A stretch of DNA of 52,671 nucleotides, taken from Gemmatimonadota bacterium. GTDB taxonomy: Bacteria; Gemmatimonadota; Gemmatimonadetes; Gemmatimonadales; GWC2-71-9. Under the pieces are notes generated by a model. The model was not told the origin of the DNA, made no database searches, and saw only the letters and a program-made list of their open reading frames with translations. The DNA lies in the NCBI GenBank assembly GCA_039586875.1, contig JBDHJO010000004.1, positions 1-52,671 of the forward strand. Direction: 5' to 3'. The translations under genes and the position numbers were made by a program. Numbering within the stretch: position 1 is the stretch's first letter; each line of letters opens with the position of its first letter. Of the stretch, positions 18,673 to 26,743 are shown piece by piece.

Positions 18673-18735
18673 CGCCTCTCAGAGTGCGAATCCACTGGTG
18701 GTTCCCAGGATCGCCGATGGGCGATTAGGAGGCAA

Positions 18736-19614
18736 ATGAGGAGACATCCGGTCGTCGTAGGCGTCGATCTGACGCCGGCAGGCATCCGTGCGGCCACGAC
18801 CGGCTGGACGATTGCGCACGCTGGGGATGTTCCGTGCCATATGGTTCATGCGATGGCTGAGCCTCCCTCGCTCACGCGGGGCGCCCCGGAGGGTACCGAA
18901 TCAGTCGACGTCCTGGAGCGGCTCATGGAGAGCCTCCACGTCGAGATCTCCGAACAACTCCGGGAGACGGTACCCCCTGAAGCACTCGCCGAACTGGAGG
19001 TCCACGTCGGTGAGCCGACCTGGGTGCTCGGCAGGACGATCGATGAGACGTCTGCGCACCTCCTCGTGCTTGGCGGCAAGCACCATCCGGCGCCGGTCCG
19101 GTGGTTCGGCGGAAGCACTGCGCACAACGCCGTTCGATCGCTGGAGGTCCCCGTATTGGTGGCCGCCGCGCCCGCGACGGCGTTCAAGCGCATCCTCGTG
19201 GCGCTCGACCTCTCCGAGGCTGCCGTGCCGACGCTCGACGCTGCCATGACCTTCGCCGAGTTGTTCGATGCGGAGATCCGTGTGCTCTCCGTCGTCGAAC
19301 CGCTGCCCTCAATCCCGGACGTCGACGTCCAGGTCGATGAGGGCGAGCATTTCCGATCGATCGAGCGGGAGATTCGGGCGCTGCTCGCAAACGTAGAGCA
19401 AGGACTCTCCGTGGACACCGTCGTCCAGTCGGGGTCCGCCGCGCGCATGATCGCTGATCAAGCGGCGTCGTGGAATGCCGATCTCGTGGTCGTCGGGTCG
19501 CACGGGAAGGGCGTGGTCGATCGCGTGCTGCTCGGCAGCACGACCGAGCGGCTGCTCAACAAGCTCCCCTGCTCGATCCTCGTCATCCCGGTACACGAAC
19601 CAAAGGCGACCTGA
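18736..19614 (+). CDS. universal stress protein with tandem UspA domains
   Basis: The ATG follows TAGGAGG. The VVGSHGKGVVDRVLLGSTTERLL ATP-binding-type block is in the C-terminal domain, and a second Usp-like domain lies N-terminal. Confidence 0.85.
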   Translation: MRRHPVVVGVDLTPAGIRAATTGWTIAHAGDVPCHMVHAMAEPPSLTRGAPEGTESVDVLERLMESLHVEISEQLRETVPPEALAELEVHVGEPTWVLGRTIDETSAHLLVLGGKHHPAPVRWFGGSTAHNAVRSLEVPVLVAAAPATAFKRILVALDLSEAAVPTLDAAMTFAELFDAEIRVLSVVEPLPSIPDVDVQVDEGEHFRSIEREIRALLANVEQGLSVDTVVQSGSAARMIADQAASWNADLVVVGSHGKGVVDRVLLGSTTERLLNKLPCSILVIPVHEPKAT

Positions 19615-19626
19615 AGAGATCGAGCC

Positions 19627-20361
19627 CTACAGGTACTGCTGAAAGACGAGCATCGCCACGAGCGTGATCGTCACCGTCACCGCGACGCCCGCACGTTGCT
19701 CCTGGCCGTACGCCTCGGGCAAGAGCTCCTCGAACACCATGAACACCATCGCCCCGGCTGCGAAGCCGATGCCGTACGGCAGTATCCGCCGGAACGCGTC
19801 GACGAGCAGAAAGGCCGGCACGGCCATGATGGGCTGCGGGAGCGAAGACACCACGCTCCACCACGCACACTGTGCCACGCTCATGCCCTGCGGCCGAAGC
19901 ACTGCGCTGATGGCAAGGCCCTCGGGGATGTTGTGCACCGCGATGGCGACCACGATCGCCAGCGCCAGCGCCATACCGCCGCCGAACGACACACCAACCG
20001 CAACACCTTCGGCGAAGGAATGCACCGTCATCACGACCATGAGGAGGAGCATCCGGCGAGCGCCGATCCCTCGCACATGACCGAAGCCAATATCATGACT
20101 CCGCAAGATGCGCGCGGTCACGAGGATGAAGCCGACGCCGACCACGCCACCGACCAGCGTCTGCCACGCTCCGAAACCGGTGCCCTCGGCAACCAGACCG
20201 AAGCTGGCACCGAGCATCAGGCCCGACGCCACCGCATTCGCTTGAGCGACGGCGCGCGCCGAGAGCCCGCGCACGAAGAAGAACGGCAGGGCGCCGAGGC
20301 CCGTGGCGAGGGCCGTCACGAGCCCGTAGGTGAAGACGACGACGACGGGTGAGGCGGTCAT
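19627..20361 (-). CDS. ZIP family metal cation transporter (copy A)
   Basis: 244 aa, polytopic. The HNIPEGLA and HSFAEGVAVG blocks are typical of ZupT/ZIP. The ATG overlaps the upstream stop (ATGA). Confidence 0.85.
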   Translation of the reverse strand: MTASPVVVVFTYGLVTALATGLGALPFFFVRGLSARAVAQANAVASGLMLGASFGLVAEGTGFGAWQTLVGGVVGVGFILVTARILRSHDIGFGHVRGIGARRMLLLMVVMTVHSFAEGVAVGVSFGGGMALALAIVVAIAVHNIPEGLAISAVLRPQGMSVAQCAWWSVVSSLPQPIMAVPAFLLVDAFRRILPYGIGFAAGAMVFMVFEELLPEAYGQEQRAGVAVTVTITLVAMLVFQQYL

Positions 20362-21089
20362 GTCCCCACGCCCGCGAGTAGGATGACGATCCCCATGGCG
20401 ACGATGGTCACCAGTGCAATGCTGGTCGGTCCCGCCTGCCGATAGCATTGGGGCAAGAGTTCCGCCAGAACGAGATACACCAAGGATCCGACCGCAAACC
20501 CAAGGGCCCACGGCAGCAGCCCCGGCGCTGCCATCACCAACGCGTAGACCACGATCGCCATCAGTACCTGGCTCACGTTGGTGGCAACGACGAGTCCCGC
20601 CGCCGCGCCGAGTCGAACGTCCCGCCCACGGAGTATCGCCGTGAGTACCATGCCTTCGGGGATGTTGTGCACGGCGATCGCCAGCGCCATGAACACGCCA
20701 AAGGGTAGGCTCACGCTCATCGCCGCGCCTATCGCTACCCCTTCCGATCCAGCGTGAAACGTGTTGATGAGGAGCACCTGATACCCGTACTCCGGACTGG
20801 TCTGCTCGAGTCGATTGAGATCGATTTCGCTCGTACCCGCGGCCGCGTGTAACCGATTGATAAAGACCAGGCCAATCAACACACCGATGACGCCTGACGG
20901 CGGGATGCGCGGCACGCCCGTGACCATCAGCGCGTACGCAGCCCCCAGCATCAGGCCGGCGGCAACCGCATTTGACCATCCGACCCACTCGGACCGCAGT
21001 TGGGCGCGCCAGAGAAACGGCGCCGCCCCGACGGCGGCGACCGCCGCCGCCACGGAGGAGTACAGGAGGACGAGCAGGATAGGATCCAT
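20358..21089 (-). CDS. ZIP family metal cation transporter (copy B)
   Basis: 243 aa from MDPILLVLL, with HNIPEGMV and FHAGSEGVAIG blocks. The listed start at 21191 adds a non-hydrophobic leader with no support. Confidence 0.85.
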   Translation of the reverse strand: MDPILLVLLYSSVAAAVAAVGAAPFLWRAQLRSEWVGWSNAVAAGLMLGAAYALMVTGVPRIPPSGVIGVLIGLVFINRLHAAAGTSEIDLNRLEQTSPEYGYQVLLINTFHAGSEGVAIGAAMSVSLPFGVFMALAIAVHNIPEGMVLTAILRGRDVRLGAAAGLVVATNVSQVLMAIVVYALVMAAPGLLPWALGFAVGSLVYLVLAELLPQCYRQAGPTSIALVTIVAMGIVILLAGVGT

Positions 21090-21205
21090 CGATTCCTGAC
21101 TGTGATGTCTCTCAGATCTATCCCAACAGCGAGGCGCTCGAAAGGCCGACCTAATACCGACCCCGAGACTGGCAAAAGCTGTCGAAGGCAAATTAGGTTG
21201 TTCCT

Positions 21206-22453
21206 ATGAGTGCTGACGGACAGAACAGGCGCGACATCTGGGTCCGCGTGCAGGAGCTCAGTCAGGCGGCGATTCGCATCGCATCCAACCACGATCTCGA
21301 CGAGGTCCTGCAGGAGATCGTCGACTCGGCGAGGGCCGTCATTGGGGCGAAGTATGCCGCCCTTGGCGTCATGGGCCCCGAGCCTAACGAGCACGAACTC
21401 AGCCGCTTCGTGCACAGCGGCATCTCCCCCGAAGAACGCGCGACCATGGGCAAACTCCCCGTTGGCAGGGGCATTCTCGGATTGCTCATCAGCGAGCCGC
21501 AAGCCATTCGCCTGAAGGACCTCTCCAAGCATCCGCGGTCTACGGGTTTTCCCGATAACCACCCGCCCATGCGATCCTTTCTCGGTGTGCCGATCATTGG
21601 AGCGCTCGGCCCCATCGGCAATCTCTACCTGACCGAGAAGATCGGCGATGACGAGTTCGACGAGGACGACGAGATGATTGCAGTCATGCTCGGCGCCCAC
21701 GCCGCCGTGGCAGTCGAGAATGCGCGTCATCACTCGGAGCGCGAAGAGCTCTTCGCACGCCTGCGGGGCATGCAGTCATCGCGGGAGCGGTTCTTCGCCA
21801 TGACGAACCACGAACTGCGCAATGCGCTCACTGCCGTGCACGGGTGGACGGAACTGTGGATCCGGAAGACCGCGCCCGACACCCCCAGGGCGGCCATCGA
21901 GGTGCGGGAGTCGGCAGACCGGTCGCTCAACCTGCTCGAAGACCTGCTCGATCTGAGCCGGATCGACGCCGACAAGCTCGACCCGATCCTCGCCGACATC
22001 GACGCGTGGGAGATCGTCCGCGAAGCCGTGGCGACGGTCGAACCCTCCGCAGAACGTCGCGGACTCCGCATCGATGTCGACGGCCCGGAGGAGGCGGTAC
22101 CCGCACACACCGATCGGCAACGGATCCGGCAGATCCTCATCAACCTCCTCACGAACGCAGTCCGGCACAGCCCGGCCGACGGTATCATCCGGGTCGAGCT
22201 CACCTATGACGAGGGCGCACTCCAGTTCGACGTCGTCGACCACGGTGAGGGAATCGCCCCGGAGCAGCAGGCCATCATCTTCGAGGCGTTCGAGCGGGCC
22301 GGCAAGGAAACGCAGCGCGGGACGGGCCTCGGGCTCGCTCTTTCCCGGAAACTCGCCCGTTTGCTGGGAGGGGATCTGCGGGTCGAAAGCCAGCCTGGAC
22401 GGGGGGCGCGGTTCTTCCTGAAGTTGCCCCGGCACGTCGTCCCATCTTCATAA
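21206..22453 (+). CDS. soluble GAF-domain sensor histidine kinase
   Basis: An N-terminal GAF domain (GFPDNHPPMRSFLGVPI), the H-box FFAMTNHELRNAL and a HATPase region (GTGLGLALSRKLA) are present. No hydrophobic segments are seen. Confidence 0.85.
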   Translation: MSADGQNRRDIWVRVQELSQAAIRIASNHDLDEVLQEIVDSARAVIGAKYAALGVMGPEPNEHELSRFVHSGISPEERATMGKLPVGRGILGLLISEPQAIRLKDLSKHPRSTGFPDNHPPMRSFLGVPIIGALGPIGNLYLTEKIGDDEFDEDDEMIAVMLGAHAAVAVENARHHSEREELFARLRGMQSSRERFFAMTNHELRNALTAVHGWTELWIRKTAPDTPRAAIEVRESADRSLNLLEDLLDLSRIDADKLDPILADIDAWEIVREAVATVEPSAERRGLRIDVDGPEEAVPAHTDRQRIRQILINLLTNAVRHSPADGIIRVELTYDEGALQFDVVDHGEGIAPEQQAIIFEAFERAGKETQRGTGLGLALSRKLARLLGGDLRVESQPGRGARFFLKLPRHVVPSS

Positions 22454-22511
22454 AGACCAGTTCACAGTCGCTTCAGCGCTGAATTACCTGGTACTCAGTA
22501 GGGTTTTCCAC

Positions 22512-23195
22512 ATGCGTATTCTAGTCGTCGAGGACGACCGCAAGGTCGCCGGGTTCATCGAGATGGGCCTCCGTGAGGAAGGCTATGCTGTGGATGTGGC
22601 CAAAGACGGTGAGGAGGCTACGGTCTTCGCACACATCAATGACTACGATGCCATCCTCCTCGACCTGATGCTGCCCAAGAAGAACGGGTTGCAGGTCGCG
22701 AGCGAACTGCGCCGAGAGGGACGGAGTACGCCGATCCTCATGCTGACGGCGCGGGATGCCACCGAAGATGTCGTGCGCGGGCTCGACGCCGGTGCGGACG
22801 ACTACCTCACCAAGCCGTTCAAGTTCGACGAGTTGCTGGCCCGACTGCGGGCGTTGGTCCGCCGCGGGGGCGCTGCGCGCCTCGACCGCCTCTCCTACGG
22901 GCCGCTCGAACTGGATCGCCTCAAGCACAAGGCATGGGCGGGCGAGGCTGCACTTGATCTCACGCCACGTGAGTTCCAGTTGCTCGAGCACTTCATGCTG
23001 CACCCGGAGGACGTGGTGCGCCGGACCGAGTTGTTGGAGAAGGTCTGGGACATGCACTTCGACCCGGAGAGCAACGTTGTCGATGTCCACGTCGGCAATC
23101 TGCGCCGCAAGCTTCGTGAAGTGGGTTACGAGACGCTGATCCAGACCGTGCGTGGCGTCGGGTTCTGCTTGAAAAAGAACAACTCAGGCGGCTGA
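22512..23195 (+). CDS. OmpR-family response regulator
   Basis: The receiver has DAILLDLMLP, LMLTA and YLTKPF, followed by a winged-helix output domain. Confidence 0.95.
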   Translation: MRILVVEDDRKVAGFIEMGLREEGYAVDVAKDGEEATVFAHINDYDAILLDLMLPKKNGLQVASELRREGRSTPILMLTARDATEDVVRGLDAGADDYLTKPFKFDELLARLRALVRRGGAARLDRLSYGPLELDRLKHKAWAGEAALDLTPREFQLLEHFMLHPEDVVRRTELLEKVWDMHFDPESNVVDVHVGNLRRKLREVGYETLIQTVRGVGFCLKKNNSGG

Positions 23196-24583
23196 TGCAC
23201 TCGCTTCGCCGCACGGTTTCCGTGCGGTTCTCCCTCACCATACTGGGTGCGCTCCTCATCATTGCGCTCTGGGCATATCTCGGAACCCGACGGGTGCTCC
23301 GCGAGTCGCTCGACCGCAACCTCGCAGCCGCTGCACAGCTCGAGCAAGCCGTGCTCGCCGCACGGCTGCCGATTGCCATCCAGCCGGGACCGGAGGACTG
23401 GGACTCGTTCGTCCACGACGTCAATCGGTTCGTGGTGATTCGATCCGCGGAGGGACGGGTCGTCGAAACCAACACCGGTCTCGCCGCCGACATGCCGGTC
23501 GATTCTACCGCGTTCCAGCGCGCCGTCCGCGGCGATACCGCATGGGTCACGCAGCAGTGGGCCACGGACGTCGTGCGGTCGTACTACGGACCCGCGCCGG
23601 CGGGGAGCCGGCCGGGCCACGACGTCGTGCAGATCGCCGCCTCCATGCATCCGCTGCAGGAGGCCATCCGCGAGGTGCTCTTCCTGATGCTCGGCACCGT
23701 CTTTCTCGGCGCGGTGGCGACCGCCATTGGCGCCGGGTGGTTGGCCCAAACCTCCGTGCTACCGGTGCTCGAGATCACGGCGCAGGCGCGCTCCGTCCAG
23801 CCGGGCGTCCCCCGCCGCATCACTGCACACGCCGACACGCAGGAGTTCGCCGGACTCGTGGATGTCTTGAATGATGCGTTCGAGCGCTTGGAGCACGCGT
23901 TCGACGCCCAGCGGCGGATGATCACCGATGCTGCCCACGACTTGCGGACCCCGCTCACGGCCATGCGAGGCGAGGCGGAGATCGCCTTGCGCGGGCAGCG
24001 GGCACCGGAGGAATACCGCAAGACGCTGCAGAGCATGCTCGAGGATGTCGACCAGCTGACGGCGATCTCGGAATCGTTGATTCTGCTTGCCCGCCTCGAG
24101 GCCGGCGAGTTGGTGGTGGACCACCACGAGCAGGACGTAGCACACATCGCGCAGGAAGCGACCGACAAGGCGGACGCACGCGATTCAGCACACATCTTCA
24201 CCTTTCACGGTACCGAGGCAGAGGTGTATGCGCCGGTCGACCGGCGTCTGGTATCCATCGGGATCGGCCAACTTCTGGACAACGTGACCAAGCACACGCC
24301 GACCGGAACGCGCACCGTTGTCTCGGTCGAGGCGACCGACACGCACGTTGGCGTCCGGATCGACGATTCGGGCCCCGGGCTCCCCGACGAGATTCTCCCC
24401 CATCTCTTCGAGCACTTCTACCGCAGCGATGCGGCTCGGACCAGAACCGGGTCAGTGGGGCTTGGCCTCACGATCACGGAGGCCATCGTGCGCGCACACG
24501 GGGGTGACATCACGGCGAGCCGAAGCCCGATGGGAGGGCTCCAAATCGCATTGCGGCTGCCGAAGACTGCCGCAACGGCTTGA
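23195..24583 (+). CDS. membrane sensor histidine kinase (2 TM, HAMP, HisKA, HATPase)
   Basis: The ATG overlaps the regulator stop by 1 nt (TGATG). The H-box is AAHDLRTPLTAM and the G-box is SVGLGLTITEAIV. Confidence 0.9.
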   Translation: MHSLRRTVSVRFSLTILGALLIIALWAYLGTRRVLRESLDRNLAAAAQLEQAVLAARLPIAIQPGPEDWDSFVHDVNRFVVIRSAEGRVVETNTGLAADMPVDSTAFQRAVRGDTAWVTQQWATDVVRSYYGPAPAGSRPGHDVVQIAASMHPLQEAIREVLFLMLGTVFLGAVATAIGAGWLAQTSVLPVLEITAQARSVQPGVPRRITAHADTQEFAGLVDVLNDAFERLEHAFDAQRRMITDAAHDLRTPLTAMRGEAEIALRGQRAPEEYRKTLQSMLEDVDQLTAISESLILLARLEAGELVVDHHEQDVAHIAQEATDKADARDSAHIFTFHGTEAEVYAPVDRRLVSIGIGQLLDNVTKHTPTGTRTVVSVEATDTHVGVRIDDSGPGLPDEILPHLFEHFYRSDAARTRTGSVGLGLTITEAIVRAHGGDITASRSPMGGLQIALRLPKTAATA

Positions 24584-24588
24584 GGCGA

Positions 24589-24606
24589 GAGGGCCGGTAG
24601 GCCCTC
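24589..24606 (+). terminator. short GC hairpin just after the kinase stop
   Basis: GAGGGCC-ggta-GGCCCTC, 5 nt after the TGA. There is no U-tract. Confidence 0.3.
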
Positions 24607-24689
24607 CCTCAGCGCCCCTTCACATTTCGTTGTCCTTCGCTTCATCCGCCACCGCCCATGTTCTATTGGGCGGAAAGGGCAGATGCGTA

Positions 24690-24905
24690 ATGATACAAGG
24701 CAACGTCGGTAGGACAGACGCCTGGATCCGGGCAGGGATGGCCGTGGTGTTCTTCGTCACGGCGGCGTTGTTCAATCACATCCTGGTGCTGTCGCTCGTC
24801 GCAGCCCTCTTGGCAATCCTCTGCGGCGGGACCGCCCTGACGCACACGTGTCCGCTGTACACCCTGTTCGGCATCGATACGCGGGTACATCGGTCGCACA
24901 CCTGA
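24690..24905 (+). CDS. DUF2892 (YgaP-like) small membrane protein, second copy
   Basis: 71 aa with two hydrophobic helices and a THTCPLYTLFGIDT motif matching the copy at 10716-10922. Confidence 0.65.
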   Translation: MIQGNVGRTDAWIRAGMAVVFFVTAALFNHILVLSLVAALLAILCGGTALTHTCPLYTLFGIDTRVHRSHT

Positions 24906-24985
24906 CGCCGCCCGCGTGCACGTCCGCTCCTCCCGACATCCTCCCCACCACTCTCGACGACGCGAAGTGCGCCGGAGGTGTTGAG

Positions 24986-26179
24986 ATGCGACGATTTGCA
25001 CTCCTAGGTGCGGCAACGGTGGCTCTCACCGTGAGCGCACAGGCCGAAGAGATCCCGGCCTTCGCCAGGCGATATCGCGCAAGTTGCTCCCTCTGTCACA
25101 GTGTGGCACCCCGGCTGTCGGCCTTCGGTGAGATCTTCGCCGGCAACGGGTTCCGGATGGCTCCCAACGAACCCCCGCGCGACACGATCGACACCGGAGA
25201 CGCACTGCTGGACTTGTACCGGGATTTGCCGTTGGCAATCAGGTTGGACGGGTACATCACCGGTTACCTGAACGGCGAGAACCGCACGGACCTGCAGACG
25301 CCCTACAACGCGAAGATCCTTGCCGGCGGCGCGATCTCCCGCAAGCTCTCGTACTACCTCTATTTCTTCCTGTTCGAGCGCGGCGAGGTCGGCGGCATCG
25401 AGGATGCTTTCGTCTATGTGAACGACATCGCCGGGAAGCCGATCGATATGGCAGCCGGGCAGTTCCAGGTCTCGGACCCGATGTTCAAGCGGGAGTTACG
25501 CCTCGAGTATGAGGATTACGCTATCTATCGGGCGCGCATCGGCCTCCAGCCAACGGACCTCACCTACGACCGGGGATTGATGGGCATCGTCGACGCTGCC
25601 GGCTTCACGATCACGGCCGAGGTGTTGAATGGCAACGGCAAGGTGGAAGCGGGCTCGGACCGACAGTTCGACAACGATCTCTTCAAGAATGTCTTCGCGC
25701 ATGTCTCGCGAGACCTGACGGACGGGGTCCGACTCGGCGGCATGGGGTATTTCGGGAAGCAGCGATCCGCTGAGGGGACCGGACCGTTCGTGGAGAACAC
25801 CGTCTGGATGGCCGGGGCGGACGCGACCCTGACGGTGGGCGATGTGGAGATCAACCTTCAATACATCCACCGGCAGGACGACACGCCGAACTTCGTCGAG
25901 GGCGAGCAAGAGGCCGTGACGAACGGCGCTCTTGCGGAGCTGATCGTGCACCCACGGGGGGCGCGGTGGTACGGCCTCGGGCTCTACAATCTGGTCGATA
26001 CGGACCGGCCCCTGCTCAACGTTCGCCTCGGCGGCCCGGCCAACGTCGAGCGTTATCACACGATCACCGGTGGCGGTGGGTATCTGATCCGGCGTAACTT
26101 CCGTCTCCACGCCGAGGGGACCTACGACTTCGAGGAGGAGGAAGTCCGGCTCTCCGTCGGCGTCACGACAGCGTTCTAG
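24986..26179 (+). CDS. outer-membrane beta-barrel protein with an N-terminal CxxCH heme motif (Cyc2/Cyt572-like fused cytochrome-porin architecture)
   Basis: The ATG lies 7 nt after GGAGG. The signal peptide ends in SAQA. CSLCH is at residues 34-38 (nt 25085-25099). About 360 aa of Gly/Tyr/Asp-rich alternating sequence follow, ending in VGVTTAF. Confidence 0.7.
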   Translation: MRRFALLGAATVALTVSAQAEEIPAFARRYRASCSLCHSVAPRLSAFGEIFAGNGFRMAPNEPPRDTIDTGDALLDLYRDLPLAIRLDGYITGYLNGENRTDLQTPYNAKILAGGAISRKLSYYLYFFLFERGEVGGIEDAFVYVNDIAGKPIDMAAGQFQVSDPMFKRELRLEYEDYAIYRARIGLQPTDLTYDRGLMGIVDAAGFTITAEVLNGNGKVEAGSDRQFDNDLFKNVFAHVSRDLTDGVRLGGMGYFGKQRSAEGTGPFVENTVWMAGADATLTVGDVEINLQYIHRQDDTPNFVEGEQEAVTNGALAELIVHPRGARWYGLGLYNLVDTDRPLLNVRLGGPANVERYHTITGGGGYLIRRNFRLHAEGTYDFEEEEVRLSVGVTTAF

Positions 26180-26204
26180 CGTCGGACTCCCTGGAGGTCG
26201 TACC

Positions 26205-26591
26205 ATGCCGAAGTGGACACGAGCAGCCTTCCTGATCGCGCCGATCGCCCTGGTGGCAGCACCAGTTGTCGCCCAGGACATGCCGGAAGGCGTCACGACG
26301 CAGATGATCGAGGAAGGTGGGAAGCTGTACCGTGGTGATGGGATTTGCTACGCCTGCCACGGGCAAGACGGGAAGGGAATGCAAGGGCTCGGAGCCAACC
26401 TCGCCGATGACGAGTGGCTGCACAGCGACGGGTCCGTCGAGGGGATCCTGAAGACCATCATCAACGGCGTCTCGGGAGACAAGTCGTCCGTCGGCGTTTC
26501 CATGCCGGCCGGGGGCGGCAGCGCCCTCAGTGACGAGAAGCTCAGCGCGGTGGCGGCGTACGTTTGGAGCCTCAGAACCACGGACAAGTAG
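26205..26591 (+). CDS. periplasmic monoheme c-type cytochrome (class I)
   Basis: A signal peptide, the CYACH heme site and the distal Met block VSMPAGGG are present. Confidence 0.85.
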   Translation: MPKWTRAAFLIAPIALVAAPVVAQDMPEGVTTQMIEEGGKLYRGDGICYACHGQDGKGMQGLGANLADDEWLHSDGSVEGILKTIINGVSGDKSSVGVSMPAGGGSALSDEKLSAVAAYVWSLRTTDK

Positions 26592-26601
26592 TGCTCGTAG
26601 C

Positions 26602-26624
26602 GGGGGCGCCCGACCGGCGCCCCC
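26602..26624 (+). terminator. 9-bp GC hairpin after the cytochrome c gene
   Basis: GGGGGCGCC-cgacc-GGCGCCCCC, 10 nt after the stop. There is no U-tract. A second hairpin, CCCGGATT-cccttcga-AATCCGGG, lies at 26672-26695. Confidence 0.35.
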
Positions 26625-26743
26625 GGCGCGGCTTCACATCCGTCGTCCCCCTATGCATCTTTGACGCTCGCCCCGGATTCCCTTCGAAATCCGGGCGTGA
26701 TCGTGTGATTTCACTATCCAGTTTTCAGGAGTAGAGCTTCATC

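Noticed and set aside
18675-18705. A tRNA-like T-arm resemblance (GTGCGAATCCACTGG).
   Set aside because: No acceptor, D or anticodon stems can be drawn around it, and it lies in the usp 5' leader just downstream of the putative promoter.
19627-20988. A single 453-aa ORF spanning both ZIP genes. Similar cases are the 730-aa ORF at 43563-45755 and the 221-aa ORF at 10716-11381.
   Set aside because: Only the C-terminal parts have family motifs. The upstream parts are out-of-frame or antisense read-through of neighbouring genes with low-complexity translations.
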